64,000 bases of DNA from Spirogloea muscicola (Eukaryota), in assembly GCA_009602725.1 (NCBI GenBank), contig WELB01000003.1, forward strand, positions 403,832 to 467,831, in the 5' to 3' direction. Below the pieces are notes generated by a model, which saw only the letters and a list, made by a program, of their open reading frames with translations, made no database searches and was not told where the DNA came from. Every line of letters starts with the position of its first letter. The stretch's first letter is position 1. The position numbers and the translations under genes were made by a program. This document shows, in pieces, positions 1 to 11,041 of the stretch.

Positions 1-387
1 CCGCGTTGTTCATTGGCGTGCCAGCGAAGGGGATCAACCCCTGCCACCCCATGTCTCTGGGACTCTCGAACCACCCATAGCCGCTACCGCGGCGAGCCCA
101 CAGGCGATCGCTATGCGGCGCTCATTACCTACAAGCCTGCATTGAACGACCCTGCCCTGCTGACACTGCGCATGACCCATTTCGCCAATGGCCCTGCGCT
201 TTGCGGCGCCGGTCATTGTTGCTTGGACGCATCGCCATCCAGGCGGTCACATGCTGCATGTAGAACGGCTTGAATTCACGCCCAGTGGCGACAAACACGC
301 TGACGTGCTGCGACTCACCGCCGCGATGACCGCGCGCGACCACTGCCGAGAGAGAGCGCTTGAAAAGGCCTGCGACTGTCCTCAATA

Positions 388-1068
388 TGCAGTCACAGTC
401 TTACTCCAGAGAGCCGATGAAGGTCCGCGACGACGGGCTGCAGCAGCGGGCAGCAGCAGGGCTGCATCGGCGGGCTGCAGCAGCAGGCGGCAGCAGGGCT
501 ACGCCTCAATCTCGCGCGGGCTTCACTGATGTTGACCGGGTACCCCGACTCTGGTCTCAGCCCTACTTATAGTGCTTCATGTGCCTCCCCCCCCAGGGGT
601 CTGTGGGAGGCTCGTCTCAAGGCCCACCTTCGCGAAGGCGGGCCCAACAAGGGGAAACTAGTGCGAGGGCAGGCTACGCGGCTCCCTTCTGGAAGCGGCG
701 GCCGTCCTGCGGAGCGGCCCAGAGGTGCCGCCGTGCGGCGCCGGTTCGCGGCGCCGCTCTGCGCGTCACAGACGCGTGGTGGCGTAGTCGGCGCGCCACA
801 CGTCTCTCGGCGGCCGGTTCGAGAACCCGCCGAGGATCTCCTCTCTGGGAGCCCAAGGTGCGCCGCCTCTTCTAGAGGCGGCGCGCCTGCACGTCACATC
901 GTCAGCAGGCGTGTCACGACGCGCGTCACCTCGCGCGTCGCTTGCGCGTTGCATGCGCGTCGCACGTGCGTCGCACGTGCGTCGCACGCGTCAGTCCCGT
1001 GTACGTCAGTGGTTACAACCGAGCGCTAAACTCGAAGTCAAGCGTCTCGTAACGGCGGGGACGCTGCA
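388..1068 (-). mobile_element. Partial LTR, type B
   Basis: Reverse complement matches the TG..CA LTR at 11042-12278 (start TGCAGCGTCCCCGCCGTTACG vs TGTAATGTCCCCGCCGTTACG); truncated on the left. Confidence 0.75.
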
Positions 1069-1721
1069 GCTCTGCTGCTGACTTAAGCAGCCCCGCTGCT
1101 GCCTGCTGCCGCCGCTGCCGCCACAGCTCTTGTAAGGAACCTCGCCCTACACACGCAGGTAGGGTGAGCAGTCCTTCTTGAGTTCGGCTGTAGGGGTTTA
1201 GGGACCAACCCACTACACAGGCAAAGCACTAGCGCATAGGCGCAGCGGAAGACAGGCCCCGTGGCGCCGCCGTCCGGCGGCGACTCCACCTCCTGGGCGC
1301 AGGCCGGCGCAGCAGGCCCCGCAGCAAGGTACGGCGGCGGCTGCGGCGGCGAGCAGCGGCAAGGCTGCTCCTGGGCTTCACCGGCTCGAATTTTCCCCGA
1401 GCCTCAGCCCCCAAGGCTCTTCGTGCTTCCCCGTGCCACCCCCCCCCCCCAGGGGTGTGAGCGGGTCGCCCCAAGGCCTGCCCTTGCGGGCGGGCACAAG
1501 GTCCCCCCTTGGCAGGGTGGAACCTGGCGAGGGATATTTCTGGACGGGCGGGACACTTGCCCGGCAAGCCAGCCCGCCACCTGGCGGGCCCACTTGTCCC
1601 AAATAGCCGGTCATGTAATGCCAACAGAGCCATGTGGCTTCACCAAATGGCTGGTTCATTACATACCTCCCCACTCTGGTGTTCACGTCCTCGGGAACAA
1701 CGAGAAAACAGCCGACAGGTA

Positions 1722-4700
1722 TTAAGATGGCCGACGGCTGCTGCCTCTACCAAGCCTAGGAGAATCACCACCCTTGGCCAGGTATTCCCTGAGAGCATCT
1801 GGACAATTTGCCAAATTGGCCGCAGGCTCCCACGTGTTGTGCTCAGGCCCATACCCGAGCCACTTAACCAGATACTCACGGGTCTTACGCCCTCGAGGCT
1901 TGTCCCTGTGAGACAAGATCTCTTCCACCTCAAACTCAAGATCATCCTCGATGACTAGTGGAGGTGGGGGCGGTTGGACACGACCATCTGAAAGGAAGGC
2001 CCTCAGCTGAGACACATGGAAGACGTTATGGACCTTCCAATGCACCGGTGTCATCAACTCGTAGGACACCTTGCCCACAAGGCGTACTACTGCAAATGGT
2101 CCAACCCACTCGCGCGTACCCACAGCCCGCAAGGATAAGTGCTTCGTGCTCAGCAGCACTTGCGCACCAACATCGAAGGACACGTCCTTCCGATGTTTGT
2201 CAGCATAAGCCTTCTGGCGACTCTGGGCAATTTCCAAGAAATGCCGAGCTCGTCTCTGAGCCTCCAAGAGGGTCCCAGGAAAGGCCACAGCGGCGGGAAC
2301 TCGTTCCGGCCTCCCCACCTGAAGTGGAGCTCGGGGATGCTGACCATAGTTGAGGAAGAATGGAGTCTCTTTGGTGGACGCATGATAGGCATTGTTCACA
2401 GCGTATTCAGATGGAGCCAAATAGTCATCCCAGTTAGTTTGGCTAGTATTGACAAAGTGCCTCAACATGTCCTCAAGAACTCGATTCATGCGCTCAGTTT
2501 GGCCATCCGTTTGTGGATGGAAGGCTGTGGACATGGACTGCTTCGTGCCAATCAGCTTGCAGACTTCTTTCCAGAAGTGACCTGTAAAGCGAGGATCGCG
2601 GTCCGAGACCAGCCTCTCAGGTACTCCATGTAGCTTCCACACCTTATCCACAAAGATGCCAGCGAAATCCTTCGCCGATGCCCGCGTAGTAGTGGGAGCA
2701 AATTGCACCATTTTACTCAGGCGATCCACAAAGACGACAATGGCCTCATAGCCGTTCCGCGTCTTAGGCAATTGTGTGATAAAATCCACACTTACATCAG
2801 ACCAATTCCGCTCCGGAATCTGCAAGGGCTGAAGTAATCCGGCAGGCTTGCCAGAGATTGCCTTACTACGTTGGCATGTGGCACAGCTTGCCACAAAAGC
2901 GCGCACCTGGGCTGAAAAGCCCTTCCACCAAAAGAGGCGTCGCACAGCCTGTTTGGTTTTGCTCACTCCCAAATGACCACTGTAAGGCGTATCATGCAGC
3001 TCCTGCATTTTGTCTGTGCGCAAGGCATTGCAGTTCGGGACCACAATAGCGTCACCTTGCCACCAGAAGCCTTTGTCATCAGTGAGGGTGCTTACGTTGG
3101 CGGCTTCAGCAAACCATGGGTCTGTGCCATACCCTTTACGGATACGCACGTAGAGCTCAGAGAGCTCAGCCGTGGTGTGCCGAGAAGCTTGACGAGTCGG
3201 ACGCAATCCTGCAGCCCGCACTCCAGAAGCATTCAAGGAAGCCAACGCATCAGCGCCGCGAATGTTGCGACTCACAGGATCTGCAACATTAAGACGTCCA
3301 GGGCGGTAAACCCACTGGAAATCGAATTGTGCCATGCACTCAGCCCATCTAGCTTGACGCCTAGTCAAATGCTGCTGCGTGTGGAAATATGTCAACGGGC
3401 AATGATCCGTGACAACCGTAAATGCCACACCTTCCAGGTAGCAACGCCAGACACGTAAGGCGTGCACCACAGCCAGCAATTCCTGCTCGCCCGTAGTGTA
3501 ATTTCGCTCTGCAGGGATCAGCAGGCGGCTCTCAAACGCTAACGGGTGACCCTCTTGCAAGAGCACGGCACCAATGCCGGTCAAAGAGGCATCGCAGACG
3601 AGTTCATATGGCACGCCTTCACGAGGAAAGGCCAGCACAGGCGGAGATGTCAACGCCTGCTGTATTCCCTCAAATGCCGTCCGGCATTCGGACGACCAAT
3701 CCCAAGGTACGTCCTTACGAGTCAGCTTCGTAAGAGGAAGTGCCAAGTTCCCATAGCCTTGTAGGAACTTTCGGAAATAATTTGCGAATCCCAAAAAGGA
3801 GCGCAATTGAGGCACAGTTTGTGGCACAGGCCAATCCCGTACGACCGAAGTCTTCTTGGGGTCGACACGTATGCCGTCTTTGCCCACGACATGCCCGAGG
3901 TATGTCAGCTCTGGCTGGTTAAATGCGCACTTGGACCGCTTGGCATACAATTGATTTTCACGCAGCAACTGCAGCACTTGGCGCAGGTGCTTCACGTGAT
4001 CCTCAGGCGTTTTGCTGAACACCAGTATGTCATCCAAGTAAACCAGCACAAAATGGTAGAGCAGGGGGCCAAAGACCCTCGACATCACCGCCTGGAACGT
4101 AGCCGGTGCATTGGTCAAACCAAAGCTCAGCACCTTGAACTGAAAATGTCCAAGCGGCGTACGGAACGCCGACTTCGGAACATCCGCAGGCGTGATTCGA
4201 ATTTGGTGATACCCACTTGCCAGGTCCAGGGAGCTGAACACCGTAGCCCCTGCAAGCCAATCGAACAGATCATCTATCCGAGGCAATGGGTATCGGTTCT
4301 TGATAGTAAGCTTATTCAGAGCCCGATAATCAATGCACATCCGCAGAGTGCCATCCTTCTTTTTGACAAAGAGGATGGGTGCTCCGTATGGCGACTGAGA
4401 TGGCTCAATGTAGCCCTTCGCCAGCAGGTCCTCGACCTGGGATTGCATTTCTCGAAATTCGAGAGGGCTCAGCCGGTACATGGGACGGAAAGGCGGGTTA
4501 GCGCCTGGCTCCAATGGAATTGTATGAGCCACACCTCGGTGAGGAGGTAGACCGTCCGGAAGAGAGTCGGGAAACACATCCGCAAATTCTTCCAGCAGCT
4601 TATCAAGAACCCCGCCATGTGAATCCGCAGCATTCACACACAAGTCAGGCTTAGACTCGTCGTTCAACGCCACCATCACAAGAAATGCCATCTGGACAGT

Positions 4701-4730
4701 GTTCTTGTGAATCAATCGCTTCATCTGCAT
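1722..4730 (-). CDS. pol: Pol: reverse transcriptase, RNase H, integrase, chromodomain (1002 aa; no Gag or protease)
   Basis: [11 protein letters not shown] and YLDD; RNase H CDAS/EQELLA/TDH; integrase H-H..C-C and VDFI/SDRD/QTER; GPF; chromodomain [28 protein letters not shown]. Confidence 0.95.
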   Translation of the reverse strand: MQMKRLIHKNTVQMAFLVMVALNDESKPDLCVNAADSHGGVLDKLLEEFADVFPDSLPDGLPPHRGVAHTIPLEPGANPPFRPMYRLSPLEFREMQSQVEDLLAKGYIEPSQSPYGAPILFVKKKDGTLRMCIDYRALNKLTIKNRYPLPRIDDLFDWLAGATVFSSLDLASGYHQIRITPADVPKSAFRTPLGHFQFKVLSFGLTNAPATFQAVMSRVFGPLLYHFVLVYLDDILVFSKTPEDHVKHLRQVLQLLRENQLYAKRSKCAFNQPELTYLGHVVGKDGIRVDPKKTSVVRDWPVPQTVPQLRSFLGFANYFRKFLQGYGNLALPLTKLTRKDVPWDWSSECRTAFEGIQQALTSPPVLAFPREGVPYELVCDASLTGIGAVLLQEGHPLAFESRLLIPAERNYTTGEQELLAVVHALRVWRCYLEGVAFTVVTDHCPLTYFHTQQHLTRRQARWAECMAQFDFQWVYRPGRLNVADPVSRNIRGADALASLNASGVRAAGLRPTRQASRHTTAELSELYVRIRKGYGTDPWFAEAANVSTLTDDKGFWWQGDAIVVPNCNALRTDKMQELHDTPYSGHLGVSKTKQAVRRLFWWKGFSAQVRAFVASCATCQRSKAISGKPAGLLQPLQIPERNWSDVSVDFITQLPKTRNGYEAIVVFVDRLSKMVQFAPTTTRASAKDFAGIFVDKVWKLHGVPERLVSDRDPRFTGHFWKEVCKLIGTKQSMSTAFHPQTDGQTERMNRVLEDMLRHFVNTSQTNWDDYLAPSEYAVNNAYHASTKETPFFLNYGQHPRAPLQVGRPERVPAAVAFPGTLLEAQRRARHFLEIAQSRQKAYADKHRKDVSFDVGAQVLLSTKHLSLRAVGTREWVGPFAVVRLVGKVSYELMTPVHWKVHNVFHVSQLRAFLSDGRVQPPPPPLVIEDDLEFEVEEILSHRDKPRGRKTREYLVKWLGYGPEHNTWEPAANLANCPDALREYLAKGGDSPRLGRGSSRRPS

Positions 4731-4759
4731 GGCGGACAGCAGAATGGAACCCTAAAACC

Positions 4760-4770
4760 CTCTGATACCA
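4760..4770 (-). promoter_or_regulatory. Primer-binding site (initiator tRNA-Met)
   Basis: TGGTATCAGAG 2 nt inside the 5' LTR; the same PBS occurs at 10249-10259 (-) and 17980-17990 (+). Confidence 0.9.
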
Positions 4771-5459
4771 AATGTAAGGAACCTCGCCCTACACATAGGG
4801 TGAGCAGTCCTTCTTGATTTCGGCTGTAGGGGTTTAGGGACCAACCCACTACACAGGCAAAGCACTAGCGCATAGGCGCAGCGGAAGACAGGCCCCGTGG
4901 CGCCGCCGTCCGGCGGCGACTCCACCTCCTGGGCGCAGGCCGGCACAGCAGGCCCCGCAGCAAGGTGCGGCGGCGGCTGCAGCGGCGAGCAGCGGCAAGG
5001 CTGCTCCTGGGCTTCACCGGCTCGAACTCCCCCCGAGCCTCAGCCCCCGAGGCTCTTCGTGCTTCCCCGTGCCACCCCCCCCCCCAGGGGTGTGAGCCGG
5101 GTCGTCACAAGGCCTGCCCTTGCGGCCGGAATCAAGGTCCCCCCTTGGCAGGGTGGAACCTGGCGAGGGATATTTCTGGACGGGCGGGACACTTGCGCGG
5201 CAAGCCAGCCCGCCACCTGGCGGGCCCACTTGTCCCAAATAGCCGGTCATGTAATGCCAACAGAGCCATGTGGCTTAACCAAATGGCTGGTTCATTACAG
5301 CTCTGCTGCTGCCGCCTGTTGCTAAGCCCGTCGCCGCAGCTCGTCGCTGCTGGCCCCGCCTGCTCTCTGTAATTCTATTGGTAGAGTCACAGCCCTAGGG
5401 CGATGCCTCAGGGTGACACTTTCCGCTGCGCTCTGTTCGCGTATGAGTATGTGCGTTGG

Positions 5460-6030
5460 TGTAACGCTCCCAACTGCTGTGAGCGTTAACCCAGATGGTT
5501 ACGTTTACCTGATTGGCACGTGACCGACCTGGCCTGCCCAGGTGGTCGCGCACGAGGGCCTCAGTGGCGCGGTGTCCACCCTGGCGCGCCTCGACCGGTC
5601 GGCCCCCGGCGTGGGCCGGTCCGACAGGTCGGCCCCACCTCCGGCGTGGGGCCTTCCGAGAGGCCCTTCTTCTGCGAGAGGTCGCCCCTCGGGTGGATCT
5701 CAGTCGGCCCTGCGGGGCGGAACTTCCCCCTCGAAAGGGCTGCCCCTCGGGGCGCCCCTGGAGGGGGGGCGGCGGCACCGGGAGCACTAGGAGTCTGGGG
5801 GCAGAGACACGGACAGGCAGTTCGGATCTGTGAAGCCCCGAGAGAGCGGCGCAGCCTTGCTGCTACGCCTGCTGCTGCAGCCTGTCGCTGGCAGGACGCT
5901 GCCGGCTCGCTGCAAGGCGTCCGTGGCCAGCCCTTTGGGGGCTAGCTGCGGGCTGGTGCCCGAGAGGTGGAGACGCCGCCTGACGGCAGCGCCACAGGGC
6001 AAGACTTCCGCTGCGCGGCGAGGCGCGAGG
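5460..6030 (+). mobile_element. Partial LTR, type D
   Basis: Begins TGTAACG; first ~130 bp match the PPT-adjacent LTR at 37421; carries the shared hairpin/CTTCCGCTGCG motif. Confidence 0.7.
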
Positions 6031-6034
6031 TGCG

Positions 6035-6713
6035 CGATCCTAGCTTTACGGGTCACTTACTGGCAAAAAGTATGCAAGCTTGATGGCACTGAGCAAATCG
6101 AGTCGACTGCCTTCCATCCCCAACGCGATGGCCAAATCGTGAGGATGGTTCTGGATGGACATGCTATGGCACTTTGTCAACCCAAGTCAGACTGACTGGG
6201 ATGCTTTAGGGCCGAATATGCTTTGAAGAAAGGATTCCATGAGTCACTAGAGAGAGACCCTTTTTCATCAATGACGGTCAGCATCCCCGAGCACCTTTGC
6301 AGGTGGGGAGGCCAGAATGGGTTCCGGCCACTGTCGCCCTTACTAGAATTTTTCTGGAGGCCCAAAGACGGGCCTTGGAAAATGGCCAAAAGAGGCAGAA
6401 CGCTCATGCTGACCAACGTCGGAAGGACCAGTCGTTCGACGCGGGTGCTTAAGTACTACTGAGGACATAGCAACTATCCTTGCGTGTAGTGGGTATGCGC
6501 AAGTTGCTACCCAAGCGGGTTGGACCTTTCCCCGTGGTACACCTCGTTGGCAAGGTGTCTTATGAGCTCGGTACACGGGTACAGTGGAAGACTCACAATG
6601 CGTTCCACGTGTCCCAGTCCCGGGCCTTCCATTTGGATGGCTGCGTCCAACCGCTCCCACCTCCTATCTTGCTCGAGGATGAGTTTGAGTACGAGGTGGA
6701 AGAAATCTTGTGA
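6035..6713 (+). pseudogene. Degenerate gypsy integrase C-terminus and start of chromodomain
   Basis: STAFHPQRDGQ, KLLPKRVGPF and FEYEVEEIL, broken by frameshifts. Confidence 0.85.
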
Positions 6714-8249
6714 GCGCCAAAGAGTGCCAAAGATGCTTACATGGTGTTCAGATGGTCGTCGGCAAGCGCCCCAAGACGTACCCAGCTTATAGGCGTCAGT
6801 CTTGTGCCGAGCATTTCAAGTCGCCCTGGCACTGCTGCCGTTGGCGTCCATTCTGGTCCGTCCAGTCTACTCTGGGTGGCCTCGCATGCTCCTAGCATGT
6901 CGGCCTTGGACACGCTCGGCGGCATCTTCGGGCTCTACAGCCCCGGTGGCATGCTCGACCTCGGCCATGCTCGGCGACATGCTTCGTCTCGGCCACACTC
7001 AACGGCATGACTCTGTCCGAGACAAACCGTGGATCCCTCGTGTGACGTGCCCCCGTTTGGGAGAAACATCCGCAGGCGTGATTCGAATTTGGTGATACCC
7101 ACTTGCCAGGTCCAGGGAGCTAAACACCGTAGCCCCTGCAAGCCAATCGAACAGATCATCTATCCGAGGCAATGGGTATCGGTTCTTGACAGTAAGCTTA
7201 TTCAGAGCCCGATAATCAATGCACATCCGCAGAGTGCCATCCTTCTTTTTGACAAAGAGGATGGGTGCTCCGTATGGCGACTGAGATGGCTCAATGTAGC
7301 CCTTCGCCAGCAGGTCCTCGACCTGGAATTGCATTTCTCGAAATTCGAGAGGGCTCAGCCGGTACATGGGACGGAAAGGCGAGTTAGCGTCTGGCTCCAA
7401 TGGAATTGTATGAGCCACACCTCGGTGAGGAGGTAGACCGTCCGGAAGAGAGTCGGGAAACACATCCGCAAATTCTTCCAGCAGCTTATCAAGAACCCCG
7501 CCATGTGAATCCGCAGCATTCACACACAAGTCAGACTCGTCGTTCAACGCCACCATCACAAGAAATGCCATCTGGACAGTGTTCTTGTGAATCAATCGCT
7601 TCATCTGCATGGCGGACAGCAGAATGGAAGCCCCTGCCGCCAGGCGGCGGTGCACAGGGAAGCTGCTTGCAAAGGACAAAGCGCCGTGCGCCACGTTGTA
7701 CCGTGCAAGTATGGCGTTCAAAATTAAGGCATGCTGATGTGGCGCAAAGCCAGTCATCTCCCAATAATACATCAAAGGCGACAGTCAACGCAATGGCATA
7801 ATCGCACCTCGGCTTTGTATTGCTGGATGCGAATGGGAACCTTGCACAGGCCCAACACATCCGTTGGGTGGCCATCGGCCAATGTCACTCTAGGCAGGCC
7901 ATCTGCTTGCAAATGCAAGCCAGTGGAGCACACCAAATCCCTTTTGACGAAGGACACTGAGGCCCCTGAGTCTATGAGTATCCTTGCTGGTGCCGCAGCA
8001 ACCAGCCCCTCAAATAGCATAGTGTGTCCCCCATGGACACTGCCAAGAATGGGGTGCGAGCGACATATACCCTGACCGCTGTCGGGTAAGGCCTAAGCCG
8101 AGTGGCATCAACGCTACGCCTAAGGAGCCTGTGTCCCGCCTCGTGCGAGCACAACAGCGACATCCCCAGCGGAGCTTGATCAACCACGCCGCGCTTCTGT
8201 GGCACAATGAAGAACAGCATTTCTTCAGGCCGACGGCACTCAGGCCAGC

Positions 8250-9757
8250 TCAGGTAGACATCTGCAGCCTCCTGCAAGTCATTGTGGGCAACCCACACAG
8301 AGGCCCTCCGGCCTCCAGACCTTGCAGTAAAGCAGGAATGGAGCGCACAACCGGTATGTTGGTTGGCGGGCCAGCGATGCCAGCAAGATCAAACAGCTCA
8401 AGTGCGTCTGGCTGAATGAGATGGCTTGCAGAGGCAGGTGCCAAGCACCCACGCTTGCCCTTGAAATTGCCTTGGTCCCGGCCCATAGTGCGCTGTGGAC
8501 GTGGCCGTGAAGAAGAGGGACCTGCCGCCGGACAGTCTCTGAGCTGACGGCTCTTGGCACCGCACTTGAAGCAGCTGCCAGCCCCTTCCACCCGCGGCTT
8601 GGGGAAGTCGCCTTGAGGTCGAGCGTTCAAGCCGTGCCTCGGGTCGAACCGCTTCTTGCTTCGTTCTGCATCAAAGCCGCCTGCCTCCAGCAGGGGACGC
8701 TTGCTTGGACCGGCAATGTCCGGCGTGCTGAGCACCTTGCGGGCGTGCTCAACCATCTTGGTGAAGTCCGTGACCGGTTGTGCCGTTGCGGAGTCCACCG
8801 CGACCCAATTGCGAAAACGAGAAGGCAGTCCAGCCTTGAACCGTTGGCATTGGTCAATTGGCTTCATCGGCTCGCTGCGCAGCTTGGACAGCAGCAGCCG
8901 GAATCGCCGCACATAGGGCTCAAAGCCCTCGCTCCCCTCGCCCCTCATGCTGAGAGCATCCAGCTCATCGCGGGCGCGCAGCTCTGCGTGTGGGTCGCCA
9001 TACGCCGACGTGAGCGAGCTGCAGAAGAAGTCCCAGTCACCGGACTCCTCAGGCGTAGAGCTCTTCTTTGAGGTGCTCCACCACTCCCGGGGCTCCCCGG
9101 AAAGGTAGGTGGCAGCGAGGCGCACGCGTGCCCCCGCGTCCGTGTTGGAGCAGACGAACCATTCGTCCATTGCGTCCAGCCATGGCTGCAAGCCTCCCCG
9201 ATCATCGAGACCGGAGAACTGCCGGGGTGCATGGGCCCATGCAAGTCCATGCTCAGGGTTGCCACTGCTCTTGCGCATAAGCTGCAACGAGGCATCCACC
9301 TCTTGCATGTGCCGCTCTTCAGCGTGCTGCTGGACGAGGAGGGCGCGCTGCTCCGTGCAGATCCTCGCAAGAAGACGATGTTGAGCTGGGTCCGTCGCAG
9401 ACTGGGCTGCCGCCAGATCTCGAGTAAGGAGTGCAACGCGTTGCAAGTCCCCAGCGACAAGCCCTCCAGGCCTCCGGCTCCCAGCTCCACGTGCCCCTCG
9501 TGGGCGTGCCCCGCTTTGGCGTGCCCCTCGTGGGCGTGCCCCTCGTGGGCGTGCCCCGCTTGGGGGTGCCCCTCGTGGGCGTGCCCCTCGTGGGCGTGCC
9601 CCGCTTGGGCGTGCCCCTCGTGGGCGTGCCCCTCGTGGGCGTGCTCCGCAGCAGCCACTTCCGCAGCAGCTGGCCCTGCAGCAGCCGCTGCCTCAGCAGC
9701 CGACCGCTCTGCCTCCCGAGGAGGGCTCGGCCGCGCACTGGACGTGTGTGATACCAT
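8250..9757 (-). pseudogene. gag: Gag (retrotransposon gag domain and degenerate zinc knuckle); frameshift near 9455
   Basis: WLDAMDEWF..RVRLAATYLSGEPREWW, FKAGL, CFKCGAKSRQLRDC. The ATG at 9757 (MVSHTSS) is conserved in the copy at 28027 (MESHTSS). Confidence 0.85.
9491..9640 (-). repeat. 15-bp minisatellite, 10 units, encoding (AHEGH/AQAGH)n
   Basis: GTGCCCCTCGTGGGC units with a 45-bp higher-order period. Confidence 0.95.
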
Positions 9758-11041
9758 GCTGGCTGAAGAATACTGAGTGATCAATTCAGGCTCCACCAGT
9801 CAGCAAATCACACACTCCATACTGCAATACAGGGCATCGCGACACTGGTGCACCAGCGAGCGAGCAAGCAAGGCAGCGCGCAACTCCACACCTCAATCAG
9901 CCAGCAGGCAGACAGCCGCAGATATGACCAGGACCGATGCACACGGTCACTGCTGGCCACACGACTGACCTTAGCACACAAAGGCTGCAGGCTCAAGCCA
10001 CACCTCAAAAGAAGCGAACGCAGCAAGTGGTCCTCAAGGATCAGTCGGTCAATCTGGCGTTGGTCGTTGCTGGCTCACAGCGCGAAGATGGCTCCGCACC
10101 CGGCGCTTCCGCTGAGCCGCCTCACGGATCAACGTCTGGCAAGCACTTCATCTTTGACAGAAGAAAGGTCAGGCCAGCACATCGGGGTGATCCTTGCATC
10201 ATCAGCGGCGAGCACAATAAGTCACAAGCGCGATGGATGCAAGACCGCCTCTGATACCAAATGTAAGGAACCTCACCCTACACACGCAGTTAGGGTGAGC
10301 AGTCCTTCTTGACTTCGGCTGTAGAGGGTTTAGGGACCAACCCACCACACAGGCAAAGCACTAGCGCATAGGCGCAGCGGAAGACAGGCCCCGTGGCGCC
10401 GCCGACCGGCGGCGACTCCACCTCCTGGGCGCAGGCCGGCGCAGCAGGCCCCGCAGCAAGGTGCGGCGGCGGCTGCGGCGGCGAGCAGCGGCAAGGCTGC
10501 TCCTGGGCTTCACCGGTTCGAACCTCTCGAGCCTCAACCCCAAGGCTCTTTGTGCTTCCCCGTGCGATCCCCCTTCCAGGGGTGTGAGCAGGTCGCCCCA
10601 TGGCCTGTCAGGCGGCGGGCCAAAGATCCTCCCTTGAACGGGCGGATCCTAGCGAGGGGTATTTCTGGACGGGCGGGGCCCGCCTCTGGGCGGGCCACTT
10701 GCCCGGCAAGCCAGCCCGCCACCTGGCGGGCCCACTTGTCCCAAATAGCCGGTCATGTGATGCCAACAGAGCCATGTGGCTGAACCAAACGGCTGGTCAT
10801 TACAAAGGAGGTGCGAAGCGGCGCCTTGGCCAGCGCGACGCAGCGCCTCGGGCGGCCCGACGCGGTGTGACGTCCTGATCCCTATACTCGCAGTTAGGGG
10901 TTAGTACGTCCTGATCGAACTTCGGGTACATGAATGGAGAACTACAGGGTTTGACCTAGGGGAATCAACCCGGCGGGAAGATACTGGACGACGGAAAGAA
11001 GAGACGTTGTTGCCTGTCAGATACTTCTGTACGGGGGAAGG

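Larger units (their letters stand above)
1131..5299 (-). mobile_element. Ty3/gypsy chromovirus element A1, internally deleted (pol-only)
   Basis: LTRs at 1131-1663 and 4773-5299 (TGTAA..TTACA). 5-bp TSD GCTCT at 1126-1130 and 5300-5304. PBS at 4760-4770, PPT AGTGGGGAGGTA next to 1663. Inserted into a type C LTR (1069-1130 plus 5305-5459). Confidence 0.93.
7065..10804 (-). mobile_element. Chromovirus element A2: 5' LTR, PBS, gag, extra domain, protease, RT start; 3'-truncated
   Basis: LTR 10262-10804, PBS 10249-10259. 7065-7629 is nearly identical to 4179-4749 of A1. Protease motif LIDSGAS; several frameshifts. Confidence 0.9.

Noticed and set aside
1..387. Short ORFs at the window start
   Set aside because: No recognisable motif; truncated by the window edge.
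529..1725. Long Arg/Ala/Pro-rich ORFs here and in other LTRs
   Set aside because: By-product of GC-rich LTR sequence; frames not conserved between LTR copies.
6720..7064. Unassigned spacer ending in a ~24-bp type E LTR stub
   Set aside because: No supportable identity; probably rearrangement debris.
7772..8300. Programmed frameshifts between gag and protease
   Set aside because: Shift positions differ in the second copy and no slippery site is evident, so these look like decay.
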